DNA from: Anaeramoeba ignava BMAN
Lineage: Eukaryota; Protista; Anaeramoebae
DNA length: 64,000 nt
Reading direction: 5' to 3'
NCBI GenBank assembly: GCA_028826165.1
Contig: JAPDFW010000080.1
Coordinates: 62,001 to 126,000 of the forward strand
The notes beneath the pieces were generated by a model that searched no databases, was not told the origin of the DNA, and saw only the letters and a program-made list of their open reading frames with translations. This document shows, in pieces, positions 39,530 to 51,805 of this stretch (position 1 is the stretch's first letter; each line of letters starts with the position of its first letter). A program made the position numbers and the translations under genes.

Positions 39530-41629
39530 ATGAACTTTGTTTTGCTTTTCTTCATTTCAATTACTTGTTTCTTTTTCTTGGTTCAATCTCAATTCAATGA
39601 AACAAATTCTCTAAATTTCACAAAAGGAATGAAAACTATAGCTTCAAGTTTTCTTGATGAAGATGAAGGATTCCTTTATTTTCTTGATGAAAGAGACAAG
39701 AATGGATTAATGTATCTTTGGAAATATGATATGTATACTCTTGATATTTTGAATTACACTGATATTGGCATTACTTATGCTAGATACGGAGCTATTGATA
39801 CTGTAAACAAACTTCTTTATGTTGCAACCCATTATGGCTATCAATTTGTGAAAATTGATTTGAATACAATGCAAATTATTGATCAAATCGCCCTAAACGA
39901 CGCAATCAATAATTATGGAGTCAAAGTAGAAATTGATCTTGTGAATCAAAAAGCCTATGTTGGATACCAAACTCCAATGATTGTTAAGGTTGATTTGGCA
40001 TCATTTGCTCAAGAGTCATCTTTAACTCTTTCAAATTTCATGTTGATAGGATCTGTGATTGATGTTGATAATGGGATATTGTATGCCTCAACAGATACAA
40101 TTTCTGGAAACAATGCAACAATTTACAAAATTGATTTATCAACCTTCACAGAAGTTGATTCTCTTTTAGTAAATTTATCAGGTGTGGGAAAATTGAAATG
40201 TGGAGTGATTGATAACACAAATCAAATGATGTATTTTGGAACTTATCAATGGCCAATGAACATTGTGAAAATAAATTTAACAGATTTCACATCAGTTGGA
40301 TCAGTAGGCACTTCAGACGGAGGAGATTGTTATGGAGCAGGAATTGATGTTACAAATGGATTAGGATATTTCTTAAATATATATGGATACCTTTACAAAT
40401 TGGATTTAGCCACTTTCACAATAGCAGATGTACTTGATTTGAATGTATCTATGTCTTATACAATGGTGATTGATTCATCGGTTGAAAATTCTTACATTGG
40501 ATTGGAATACGCTGGAGTTTATCAAGTAAGTTTACCCTCACTTACAGTAGCAAACAGGAGTAATTCGATTGTTTATACAAAACCTGAATTCATTTTGATT
40601 GATGAACCAAATCAAATTGGATATGCTTTCTTTTCTAATTCTGGAGGAATACTTGCAAAAGTTGATTTTGAATCCTTCACACTTGTGGGCTATTTGATGA
40701 TGGGAGTGTATGGCTCTGATATATATCAGGGAGCAATTGATACCACAAATGGATTCATTTATCTTTTCTTTGATACTGGAAATTTATCAATTATTAAAAT
40801 CAGATTATCAAATTTCAGCCTCGATGGGAATGTAGCTGCGGATCCAGATCTCTCTGGAGATTATATCACTTTTGAGCAATCAAAGCAGATTTTTTATTTC
40901 GAGTATTCTAATAAGACAGATCATTATCAATACTTGGCCAAAATAAGTTCTCCTGATTTCCAAATTATTGCCTCTTTGCTTTTGACAGATATGAATGTTT
41001 ACACAATGGATTTTGATTTTTTGCATGGATTCCTTTATCTTTTCTACTATAATTATAGCGCAAGTGGATCAAAAAAATTTATTTCTAAAATTCAAGCATC
41101 GACCCTTAGCATAGTTGGACAAGCTGATTTAACCCAATATAAGTTCGAATATCCAGTTCTTGATCAAACTCATCAACTTATCTATTTTGGACATGGGGAT
41201 GAGTATAGTTATTTATTGATCTGCAGAGTAAATTTGGTTAATATGCAAGTTATGAATGATTGCATGAACATGTCTCTGAGTCATTTCTATGCATCCTTTA
41301 TTACATCCTCAGATTCTTGGCTATTCTTGGTTGTGGATTATTTAAATTCAACTTCTTCTCAATACGAAGGAGTATTACTTCAAATCGAAGCAAGTTCAAA
41401 TCAATTAATTTCAAACAAAACAATTAATTGTGATCTATTTAGAAGTTATGTCTATTCTCATGATTCACAGACAAATTATGGGTATCTTTTAGATTATTAT
41501 ACATCCGAAACTACTTTTTATCAATTTTCATTTCCACCTGCAATTCCAACACCACCTTCTTCAAGTCAACAAATTCTTTTCTCATTTTTAATTTTTGGGA
41601 TAATGATTTTGATTTTGGGATTATTTTAA
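39530..41629 (+). CDS. Array copy 2: double beta-propeller surface protein (699 aa)
   Basis: Paralogous to copy 1 over its full length; same termini. Confidence 0.85.
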   Translation: MNFVLLFFISITCFFFLVQSQFNETNSLNFTKGMKTIASSFLDEDEGFLYFLDERDKNGLMYLWKYDMYTLDILNYTDIGITYARYGAIDTVNKLLYVATHYGYQFVKIDLNTMQIIDQIALNDAINNYGVKVEIDLVNQKAYVGYQTPMIVKVDLASFAQESSLTLSNFMLIGSVIDVDNGILYASTDTISGNNATIYKIDLSTFTEVDSLLVNLSGVGKLKCGVIDNTNQMMYFGTYQWPMNIVKINLTDFTSVGSVGTSDGGDCYGAGIDVTNGLGYFLNIYGYLYKLDLATFTIADVLDLNVSMSYTMVIDSSVENSYIGLEYAGVYQVSLPSLTVANRSNSIVYTKPEFILIDEPNQIGYAFFSNSGGILAKVDFESFTLVGYLMMGVYGSDIYQGAIDTTNGFIYLFFDTGNLSIIKIRLSNFSLDGNVAADPDLSGDYITFEQSKQIFYFEYSNKTDHYQYLAKISSPDFQIIASLLLTDMNVYTMDFDFLHGFLYLFYYNYSASGSKKFISKIQASTLSIVGQADLTQYKFEYPVLDQTHQLIYFGHGDEYSYLLICRVNLVNMQVMNDCMNMSLSHFYASFITSSDSWLFLVVDYLNSTSSQYEGVLLQIEASSNQLISNKTINCDLFRSYVYSHDSQTNYGYLLDYYTSETTFYQFSFPPAIPTPPSSSQQILFSFLIFGIMILILGLF

Positions 41630-42141
41630 TTAATTCCATTTCTTTTTTCTTTTTTCAATTTCAATTCTTTTTTTCAAGAAGAAAAATAAAAAGCAAAATT
41701 AATCCAAAATTTAAAATCTTTTCTTTTTTTTTTTAATTTAAATAAAAATAAATAATAGAGAAATAAATTTTTTAATAATTATTGTTATTAATTTCTATTT
41801 CAAATAAATTGAATAAATGAAAAAAAGAAATTAAATTTATAAATAAAAAAATTTTTTAAATTATTTGATCAAAAAGAAAGAAAAAGAAAAAAAACAAATT
41901 AAAAAAAAATTTTTTTTCATTTTCATTTTCTCTTTCTTTTCTTTAATTGTTTTTATTTAAAACAATTCCAAAAAAAAAAACAAATTAAAAACAACAAAAA
42001 CACAATTTCTCACTCTCTTTTCCTTTTTTTTAATTAATTTCAATTTAAAGTAAATTTTTGATAGATTCAATTTAATTTTATAAAATCCAAAATTTATTTT
42101 TCTTTTTATTTTAAATAAAAAAAAAAACTAGAAATTAAAAA

Positions 42142-44244
42142 ATGAACTTTGTTTTGCTTTTCTTCATTTCATTTACTTGTTTCTTTTTCTTGGTTCAATC
42201 TCAAGTCACTCTTTTAAATTCTTTCGATTTCCCATTTGTTATGGATAATTCTCAATTAGGTTTTCTTGACGAAGATGAAGGATTCCTTTATTTTCTTGAT
42301 AGAAGAGATGGTGGTATGCTGAGCTATCTTTGGAAATATGATATGTATACTTTTGAATTTCTAGATTATTTGAATATTGGAATCGGAAGTGGAATGAAAG
42401 TTTGCGGAGCTATTGATACTGTAAACAAACTTCTTTATGTTGCAACTTATTATGTTAACAATATCTTTGTCAAAATTGATTTGAATACAATGCAAGTTGT
42501 TGATAATATAACATTTAGTGATTTATCGGCTAATGAACCCAAAAAAGTAGAAATTGATCTTGTGAATCAAAAAGCCTATGTTGGATACCAAAATCCGATC
42601 TATGTTGTTAAGGTTGATTTGGCTTCATTTACTGAAGAATCAAATTTAACTCTTTCAAACTACATGTTGATAGGATCTGTGATTGATGTTGATAATGGGA
42701 TATTGTATGTCTCAACAGATTCAAATTCTGGAAACAATGCAACAATTTACAAAATTGATTTATCAACCTTCACAGAAGTTGATTCTCTTTTAGTAAGTTT
42801 ATCAGGTGTGGCATATTTGAGATGTGGAGTGATTGATAGTACAAATCAAATGATGTATTTTGGAACTAATCAAAATCCAATGAAAATTGTGAAAACCAAT
42901 TTAACGGATTTCACATCAGTTGGATCAGTGACAGTATCAGGGGATCAATATTGTGCAGCAGCAGGAATTGATATATTGAATAAAATTGGTTATTTTATAT
43001 CTGAAAATGGATATCTTGTATATTTGAATTTAACAACTTTCACAATCACCAATTCATTTTATTTCAATGGTACTCACACTTATACAATGGTGATTGATTC
43101 ATATGCCGAAAATGCTTACATTCCAACAGAAGATTCTCAAATTTTTCAAATAAGTTTGCCTGAACTTACAGAAGGAAAAAAAAGAGATTTTCTTGATTAT
43201 TCAAATCCAGAACTCATTTTGATTGATGAAACAAATCAAATCGGTTATGTTTATTTTGATAACTATGGAGGAATAATTGCTAAAGTTGATCTTCAATCAT
43301 TTTCACTTGTTGACCATTTAAATCTTGGATTAAGTGATGATATATATCAGGGAGAAATTGATCTTACAAATGGATTCATTTATCTTTTCCCTGATACTGA
43401 AAATTTAACAATTACCAAAATTAGATTATCAAATTTCTCAGTTGATGAAACTGTCCAATTATATTCAGGTGGATCTGTAGATGCAACTTCTTTTGATCAA
43501 CAAAATCAAATTCTTTATGTTGGACTTTACAATTCTTCTGATTCAAAAGATTATTTAATCAAAATTAGCTGTCCTGATTTACAAATTATTGATTCTTTGG
43601 AATTTCCATCTTTGGTGACAATTACTAACTTATATCTTGATTCTGCGCATGAATATCTTTATATTTGGGTTTATGATGATAGTGCAGTTGGCTCATGCTA
43701 TTTTCTTGATAAAATACAATTATCCAATTTAACTCAGGTTGGTTCAGTTAATTTAACTCAATATGATTTTACTGATCCACTTCTTGATCAAACTCATCAA
43801 CTTTTTTTTTATGGAGATCAAAATACCTTTTCCATTTTCAGAGTAGATTTGATTAGCATGGAAGTTATCAATGATTCTTTGAATATTTCAGAATGGAATT
43901 CTTTTCAATCATCTTTTATTGAATCAAGTGATACTTGGGTGTATTTTGTTGTCGCTTATGAGGATCCTTACACTGATGAATATGAAAAAGGGGGAATCCT
44001 CCAAATTGAAGCAAGTTCAAACGAATTAATTTCAAACACAACATTTAATATTTTATCCACTAGTTTTATGCAAATTTATGATACAACAACAAATTATGGA
44101 TATCTTTTAGATTGTTCTTCGACGCCCATTATGCTTTATCAACTTTCATTCCCAAGTGTAACTCCTCCACCTTCTTCAAGTCAACAAATTCTTTTTTCAT
44201 TTTTGATTTTTGGAATAATGATTTTGATTTTGGGATTATTTTAA
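42142..44244 (+). CDS. Array copy 3: double beta-propeller surface protein (700 aa)
   Basis: Same architecture as the other copies. Confidence 0.85.
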   Translation: MNFVLLFFISFTCFFFLVQSQVTLLNSFDFPFVMDNSQLGFLDEDEGFLYFLDRRDGGMLSYLWKYDMYTFEFLDYLNIGIGSGMKVCGAIDTVNKLLYVATYYVNNIFVKIDLNTMQVVDNITFSDLSANEPKKVEIDLVNQKAYVGYQNPIYVVKVDLASFTEESNLTLSNYMLIGSVIDVDNGILYVSTDSNSGNNATIYKIDLSTFTEVDSLLVSLSGVAYLRCGVIDSTNQMMYFGTNQNPMKIVKTNLTDFTSVGSVTVSGDQYCAAAGIDILNKIGYFISENGYLVYLNLTTFTITNSFYFNGTHTYTMVIDSYAENAYIPTEDSQIFQISLPELTEGKKRDFLDYSNPELILIDETNQIGYVYFDNYGGIIAKVDLQSFSLVDHLNLGLSDDIYQGEIDLTNGFIYLFPDTENLTITKIRLSNFSVDETVQLYSGGSVDATSFDQQNQILYVGLYNSSDSKDYLIKISCPDLQIIDSLEFPSLVTITNLYLDSAHEYLYIWVYDDSAVGSCYFLDKIQLSNLTQVGSVNLTQYDFTDPLLDQTHQLFFYGDQNTFSIFRVDLISMEVINDSLNISEWNSFQSSFIESSDTWVYFVVAYEDPYTDEYEKGGILQIEASSNELISNTTFNILSTSFMQIYDTTTNYGYLLDCSSTPIMLYQLSFPSVTPPPSSSQQILFSFLIFGIMILILGLF

Positions 44245-44824
44245 TTTTAATTAATTCCTTTTTTCAATTCTTTTTTTCAAGAAGAAAAATAAAAAGCAAA
44301 ATTAAAAATATTTTTTTATTTTTAATTTAAATAAATTTTTTAATTTATATTTTGATCCTTATTAAATTTTTGTTTCAAATCATTCAAAAACCTTAAAGAT
44401 CATTTGAAATTAGAAAGGGGTATGTTTTTTAATTAAATAAGAAAGAACAAAAAAATTTTTTTGAATTGTTTATCAATAAAAATGATCAAATAAAAAAAAA
44501 AAACTTAAACAATCCAAATAAAAGAACTCAAATTGCTTCTTGAAATGGAAACGAGATTTTACTTTGAATTTTCTATTAAAGTTTTGATTTGTTTTTTTTT
44601 TTTGAAATTAAAAAAAAAAAGATTTTATAATTGAAGAAGGGGTATTTTTTTTAATTAAAAAAAAAGGAGAATAAAAGAAAAAAAAAAAGCAAATTGTTCT
44701 TTCATTTTTTTTCTTTCTTCTTTCTTTATTCACTTAATTCATTGTAAGTTAATTTAAACCCCTTTTTTTGTTTTTTTTTTATTATTATTTCCAATTTTTC
44801 TTCAAAAAAAAAATAGAAATACAA

Positions 44825-46918
44825 ATGAACTTTGGTTTGCTTTTCTTTCTTTCCTTTGCTTGCTTCTTTTTGCTGATTCAAACTCAATTTAATGAAACAA
44901 ATTCTTTGAATTTACCACTTGGAATCGATTGGGTTACTTCTAGTTTTCTTGATGAAGATGCTGGATTTCTTTATTTTCTTGATCAAAGAAACACTGATGA
45001 AACGTATCTTTGGAAATATGATATGAATACTCTTGATATTTTGAACTATACTGAAATTGGGGTTGATTGTTATGGTGAATATGGAGCGATTGATACTGTA
45101 AACAAGCTTCTTTATGTTGCAAAATATTACTCTGGATCTCAATTTTTCAAAATTGATTTGAATACAATGCAAGTTGTTGATAATATAACCTTAACTGTTC
45201 CATCTGGTAATCATGCTGTAAGAGTTGAAATTGATGTTGTTAATCAAAAAGCCTATGTTGGATATCAAAATCCGATCTATGTTGTTAAAGTTGATTTGGC
45301 ATCATTTACTGAAGGATCAAATTTAACTCTTTCAAACGACAAGATGACAGGATCTGTGATTGATGTTGATAATGGGATATTGTATGTCTCAACAGATTCA
45401 AATTCTGGAAACAATGCAACAATTTACAAAATTGATTTATCAACCTTCACACAAGTTGATTCTCTTTTAGTAAGTTTATCAGGTGTGGCATATTTAAAAT
45501 GTGGAGTGATTGATAGCACAAATCAAATGATGTATTTTGGAACTAATCAATGGCCAACGAAAATTGTCAAAATCAATTCAGCAGATTTCACATCAGTTGG
45601 ATCAGTGACAACAACACTTGGAGGAGATTGTTATGGAGCAGGAATTGATGAAACAAATGGATTTGCTTATTTCTTAAATTCCTATTATATTTACAAATTG
45701 ACTTTGGCGAGCTTTACAGTTACAGGATCGGTTGACTTCGATTCTTTTTGGCTGGACTCAATGGTTCTTGATTCATCTGCTGGAAATGCTTACATCACAT
45801 CAGGACTAGCTCAAGTAATTCAAGTCAATTTACCATCACTTACTGAAGGGAACAAGAGTAATTCGATTGTTTATACAGATCCAGAATTTATTTTCATTGA
45901 TGAACCAAACCAAATTGCTTATATTTACTTTGAGAATCTTGGAGGAATAATTTCCAAAATTGATCTTCAATCATTTTCACTTGTTGATTATTTGATTATT
46001 GAGTTGAATGAATCTATGGATTATGGAGAAATTGATACTACAAATGGATTCATTTATCTTTTCCCTTATCACGAAGATTTAGATATCATTAAAATCAGAT
46101 TATCAAATTTCACTTTTGATGGAATTGTAACCGTGGCTACAGATACATCTATCTACGGCACTTCTTTTGATTCCCAAAATCAAGTCCTTTATGTTGAAAT
46201 ATATAACGATACGGAATCAGAATACTATTTAGCCAAAATTACTTGTCCTGATTTACAAATTATTGATTCTTTACTTTTGGATAATTTAAATGTTTATAAG
46301 ATGCACCTTGATTCTTCACATGGATATCTTTATATCTTGCTCAAGAATAATTCTGCTAGTAGTTCCAAATATTTTATCTTTCAATACCAAACATCTCCTT
46401 TAAATCAAATAGGCTCAGTAGATTTAACTCAATATTATGTATCCAAATCAGTTCTTGATAAAACTCACCAATTCATTTATTTTGGAGATTATGATTATGA
46501 TGTCTATTATTATTTCATTTATCGAGTGGATTTGGTTACTATGCAAGTTATGAGTGGTTCTTTATATACAGAATCTGAAGATCTATATGGGTCTTTTATG
46601 TCCCCAAATGATGATTGGGTGTATTTCGTTGTTGATTATTACAATTCAGATACTGATGAATATGAAGGAGCAATACTCCAAATTGAAGCAAGTTCAAATC
46701 AATTAATTTCAAACACAACATTTGATTCTGAATTCCTTTATGGTTATCTCTATGCTTCAGATCAATCAAAAAATTATGGATATCTTTTAGATTATTATTC
46801 AACACCAGTTACCCTTTATCAATTACCATTTGGAGATTTACCACCTTCTTCAAGTCAACAAATTCTTTTTTCATTTTTGATTTTTGGAATAATGATTTTG
46901 ATTTTGGGATTATTTTAA
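44825..46918 (+). CDS. Array copy 4: double beta-propeller surface protein (~697 aa, start MNFGLLFF)
   Basis: Same architecture; start moved to the ATG homologous to the other copies. Confidence 0.85.
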   Translation: MNFGLLFFLSFACFFLLIQTQFNETNSLNLPLGIDWVTSSFLDEDAGFLYFLDQRNTDETYLWKYDMNTLDILNYTEIGVDCYGEYGAIDTVNKLLYVAKYYSGSQFFKIDLNTMQVVDNITLTVPSGNHAVRVEIDVVNQKAYVGYQNPIYVVKVDLASFTEGSNLTLSNDKMTGSVIDVDNGILYVSTDSNSGNNATIYKIDLSTFTQVDSLLVSLSGVAYLKCGVIDSTNQMMYFGTNQWPTKIVKINSADFTSVGSVTTTLGGDCYGAGIDETNGFAYFLNSYYIYKLTLASFTVTGSVDFDSFWLDSMVLDSSAGNAYITSGLAQVIQVNLPSLTEGNKSNSIVYTDPEFIFIDEPNQIAYIYFENLGGIISKIDLQSFSLVDYLIIELNESMDYGEIDTTNGFIYLFPYHEDLDIIKIRLSNFTFDGIVTVATDTSIYGTSFDSQNQVLYVEIYNDTESEYYLAKITCPDLQIIDSLLLDNLNVYKMHLDSSHGYLYILLKNNSASSSKYFIFQYQTSPLNQIGSVDLTQYYVSKSVLDKTHQFIYFGDYDYDVYYYFIYRVDLVTMQVMSGSLYTESEDLYGSFMSPNDDWVYFVVDYYNSDTDEYEGAILQIEASSNQLISNTTFDSEFLYGYLYASDQSKNYGYLLDYYSTPVTLYQLPFGDLPPSSSQQILFSFLIFGIMILILGLF

Positions 46919-46967
46919 TTTTAATTCCTTTTTTCAATTTCTTTTTTCAAGAAGATAATAAACACCA

Positions 46968-48752
46968 AATTCAACATTCAATATTCAATTCAATATTCAA
47001 CATTCAATATTCAATTCAATATTCAATATTCAATATTTAATATTTAATATTCAATATTTAATATTTAATATTTAATATTCAATTCAATATTTAATATTTA
47101 ATATTTAATATTTAATATTTAATATTCAATTTAATATTTAATATTTAATTCAATATTTAATATTCAATATTCAATATTTAATATTCAATTCAATTCAATA
47201 TTTAATATCCAATTCAATATTTAATATTCAATTCAATATTTAATATCCAATTCAATATTTAATATTCAATTCAATTCAATATTCAATATTCAATATTTAA
47301 TATTTAATATTTAATATTCAATATTCAATTTAATTCAATATTTAATATTCAATTCAATATTTAATATTTAATATCCAATATTTAATAATTTAATATTTAA
47401 TATTTAATATTTAATATTTAATATTTAATATTTAATATTCAATTTAATTCAATATTTAATATTCAATATTCAATATTTAATATTTAATTCAATTCAATAT
47501 TTAATATCCAATTCAATATTTAATATTCAATTCAATATTTAATATCCAATTCAATATTTAATATTCAATTCAATTCAATATTCAATATTCAATATTTAAT
47601 ATTTAATATTTTAATATTCAATTTAATTCAATATTTAATATTCAATTCAATATTCAATATTTAATATTCAATTCAATATTCAATTCAATATTCAATTCAA
47701 TTCAATATTTAATATCCAATTCAATATTCAATATTCAATATTTAATATTCAATTCAATATTTAATATTCAATTCAATTCAATTTAATTCAATATTCAATT
47801 CAATATTTAATATTCAATATTCAATTCAATTCAATTCAATATTTAATTCAATTCAATTCAATATTTAATATTTAATATTTAATATTTAATTCAATATTTA
47901 ATTTAATATTTAATATTCAATTCAATTCAATTCAATTCAATATTCAATTCAATATTTAATATCCAATTCAATATTTAATTCAATATTCAATATTCAATTC
48001 AATTCAATTCAATTCAATATTTAATATTCAATTCAATATTTAATATCCAATTCAATATTCAATATTTAATTCAATATTTAATATTCAATTCAATTCAATA
48101 TTCAATATTTAATATTCAATTCAATTCAATATTCAATATTTAATATTCAATTCAATATTTAATATTCAATTCAATATTCAATATTTAATTCAATATTTAA
48201 TATTCAATTCAATATTTAATATTCAATATTTAATATCCAATTCAATATTTAATATTCAATTCAATATTTAATATTCAATTCAATATTTAATATCCAATAT
48301 TTAATATTCAATTCAATTCAATCCAATTCAATCCAATTTAAATTCAATATTTAATATTCAATATTTAATATCCAATTCAATATTTAATATTCAATATTCA
48401 ATATTCAATATTCAATTCAATATTTAATATCCAATTCAATTCAATATTCAATATTTAATATTTAATTCAATATTTAATATTCAATTCAATTCAATTCAAT
48501 ATTTAATATTCAATTCAATATTTAATATTCAATATTTAATATTCAATTCAATATTTAATATTTAATTCAATATTTAATATTCAATATTCAATTCAATATT
48601 TAATATTCAATATTTAATATTCAATTCAATATTCAATATTCAATATTCAATTCAATATTTAATTCAATATTTAATTCAATATTTAATATTTAATTCAATA
48701 TTCAATTCAATTCAATTCAATATTTAATATTCAATTCAATATTTAATATTTA
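46968..48752. repeat. 1.8-kb satellite of mixed 7-bp (aatattt/aatattc) and 5-bp (aattc) units between array copies 4 and 5
   Basis: Directly visible; essentially no G on the + strand. Confidence 0.95.
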
Positions 48753-49422
48753 GTTTAATTACAAAAAGAAAGGAACAAAAAATTTTTTTTTTCCAGTTCT
48801 TTTCTTGTTTTCTTTTTTAAAAAAGGGGTTAATTTTTAATTATAAATTTAAATTAAAATTATTTAAAAACAGGACTATTTGTTTGTTTGATTCTTTTTGT
48901 GGAATTTCTAATTTTTAATTTTGAAATCAATTTATTTTATTTTTGATTTATTTGATCAGTAAATAAAAATTGGCGATTCGAAATGAATTGATTTAAAATT
49001 AAATTAAAATTATTTAAAAAAAGAATTTGTTGAAAGAAAAGCGATCAAATTGTTTCTTTTTTTTTTTTAAATTAAAATAAAAAGGGGGTTTTTTTTAACT
49101 TAATCTTATTTAAAATAAATTGAGAATAAATAGAAAACTAATTAAATTTAATTTGTTGTAAATTAAATTTAAATTAAATTGAACTTGAAAAAAAATTTTT
49201 TTTTCTATTGATCAAAAAAAAAATGAGAATAAAAGAAAATGAAACTAGCAAAAAAAATTATTTTTTTCATTCATTTCAACTTGTTTTTTTTTTTAAAAAA
49301 CAATAACTGATTTACTTGTTCTTCTTTACTAATTCTATTCAATGTAACTTAATTAATTTTGTTGTTTTTATTTTTTGTTCACTAATTGTGTATTTTAAAT
49401 CAAAAAAAAATAGAGAATAAAA

Positions 49423-51504
49423 ATGAACACTGTTTTGCTTTTCTTGGTTTCAATAAGTTGTTTCTTTTTGATGGTTCAATCCGAATTCAATTTCGCGAGT
49501 TCATTAAATTTACCAACAGGGATTTCGAATGGTTATCAAACTCACCTTGATGAAGATGCTGGATTTGTTTATTTTATTGATGCAAAAGAAAATGGAGACA
49601 CTTTTCTTTTCAAATATGACATAGACACTCTTGATTATTTGGATTATAGTAAGATTGAGATTGAGGGTTGCGTCATTGGAGCGATTGATACTGTAAACAA
49701 AGTTATTTATGTTATGACTTATTTTGGAAGTCAGTTGTCGAAAATTGATTTGAATACAATGCAAATTGTTGCCAATCTAACCTTAAGTGCTCCCTTTTAC
49801 AATAGCCCACAAAGAATGGAAATTGATGTTGTTAATCAAAAGGTTTATGTTGGATATAATAACCCAAGCTCTGTTTACAAAGTTGATTTGGCTTCATTTA
49901 CTGAAGAAGCATTTCTATCTCTTTCAAACGACAAGGTGACAGGATCTGTGATTGATGTTGATAATGGGATATTGTATGCTGCAACAGATTCAAATTATGG
50001 AAACAATGCAACAATTTACAAAATTGATTTATCAACTTTCACACAAGTTGATTCTCTTTTAGTAGGTTTCTCAGGTGTGGCATATTTAAAATGTGGAGTG
50101 ATTGATAACACAAATCAAATGATGTATTTTGGAACTAATCAAAATCCAATGAATATTGTGAAAATCAATTTGGCAGATTTCACACCAATTGAAGTAAGTG
50201 CAACAGCGCAAAGCGATTGTCGATCAGCAGGAATTGATGAAACAAACGGATTTGCTTATTTCTTAACTGGAAGAAATATTTCAAAATTGGATTTAACAAT
50301 TTTCGCAATAACAGATTATCTTTATTTCGAGCATGACTACTTTTATTCAATGGCTCTTGATTCATCTGCTCAAAATGCTTACATGGTATCTTCAAGTTCT
50401 AATGTTTATCAACTAAATTTGCCAGCACTTACAGAAGGAAACAAGAGTGATTCTATTCTTTATACCTCGGTAGAATTTATGTTGATTGATGAAACAAATC
50501 AAATTGGATATATTTACTTTGATAACTATGGAGGAATAATTGTGAAAATCGATCTTCAATCATTTTCACTTGTTGATCATTTTATTATTGGTTTGTCTCT
50601 ATACATTTATGATGGAGAAATTGATAACATTAATGGATTCATGTATCTCTTCCTAGATAATAATAGTAATTTTGTAATTATGAAAATCAATTTAGCAGAT
50701 TTCTCAATTAATGAAACTGTCCAAATAGCCTCAGGTATAGAAGCTTACGAATTTGCTTTTGATTCCCAAACTCAAATTCTTTATGTTGAGTATTATAATG
50801 ACACTTATGGCATCGACTATTTAATGAAAATTAGTTGTCCTGATTTACAAATTATTGATTCTGTGGATTTCGGACAAATGGGTGTTTATGGTGTATATTT
50901 TGATATTTCACGTGGATACTCTTATATTTGGTACGAAGATTTCAGTGCAATTGGTTCAGAATATTTTGTTTATAAAGTACAATTATCAAATCTCGGTATA
51001 ATTGCCCAAGTTGATTTAACAGATTATGATATTGATGAATGTCTTCTTGATAAAACTGATCAACTCCTTTATATTTTGTATCATGATGTTGATTATTACT
51101 ACTTCCTTCGCAGTATTGATTTGGTTAATATGCAAGTTATGAATAATCCATTAAACACAACTTATGAAGACTATTACACATTTTTAATTGAACCAAATGA
51201 TGCCTTATTATTTCTTGTTATGGAATATTACAACGAAACTTCTTATGAATATGAAGGAAAATTACTTCAAATTGAAGCAAGTTCAAATCAATTAATTTCA
51301 GACACACTCATTGATTATGATTTGTTTGTCTATTACGAGTATGGTTCAGACCCATCAAAAAATTATGGATATCTATTAGATTATCATACAACACCAATTA
51401 CTTTTTATCAAATTTCATTTACAACACCACCTCCTTCTTCAAGTCAACAAATTCTTTTTTCATTTTTGATTTTTGGAATAATGATGATTTTGGGATTATT
51501 TTAA
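49423..51504 (+). CDS. Array copy 5: double beta-propeller surface protein (693 aa)
   Basis: Same architecture as the other copies. Confidence 0.85.
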   Translation: MNTVLLFLVSISCFFLMVQSEFNFASSLNLPTGISNGYQTHLDEDAGFVYFIDAKENGDTFLFKYDIDTLDYLDYSKIEIEGCVIGAIDTVNKVIYVMTYFGSQLSKIDLNTMQIVANLTLSAPFYNSPQRMEIDVVNQKVYVGYNNPSSVYKVDLASFTEEAFLSLSNDKVTGSVIDVDNGILYAATDSNYGNNATIYKIDLSTFTQVDSLLVGFSGVAYLKCGVIDNTNQMMYFGTNQNPMNIVKINLADFTPIEVSATAQSDCRSAGIDETNGFAYFLTGRNISKLDLTIFAITDYLYFEHDYFYSMALDSSAQNAYMVSSSSNVYQLNLPALTEGNKSDSILYTSVEFMLIDETNQIGYIYFDNYGGIIVKIDLQSFSLVDHFIIGLSLYIYDGEIDNINGFMYLFLDNNSNFVIMKINLADFSINETVQIASGIEAYEFAFDSQTQILYVEYYNDTYGIDYLMKISCPDLQIIDSVDFGQMGVYGVYFDISRGYSYIWYEDFSAIGSEYFVYKVQLSNLGIIAQVDLTDYDIDECLLDKTDQLLYILYHDVDYYYFLRSIDLVNMQVMNNPLNTTYEDYYTFLIEPNDALLFLVMEYYNETSYEYEGKLLQIEASSNQLISDTLIDYDLFVYYEYGSDPSKNYGYLLDYHTTPITFYQISFTTPPPSSSQQILFSFLIFGIMMILGLF

Positions 51505-51805
51505 TTTTAATTCCTTTTCTCAATTTCTTTTTTCAATTCTTTTTTTCAAGAAGAAAAATAAAAAACAAATTTAATCCAAATTTAAAATCTTTTCTTTTTT
51601 TTATTTAAATTAAAAAGATTAAAAAAATTGTTTTTCATTTTTTTCATTTTTTTTTAAAAACAAAACCTCGATTAATTAAATTGCTTCTTTCTAATTCAAA
51701 TTTAAAGTAATTCAAATCAAATAAAATTTGAATCCCCCTTTTTTATTTTGATTATTAATTTTGTTGCTTTTTTTTTTCAATCAAAAAAAACAAATAGATA
51801 AAACA

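Noticed and set aside
46968-48752. Telomeric or centromeric repeat
   Set aside because: Irregular mixed units, no G-rich telomere motif, internal to a gene array
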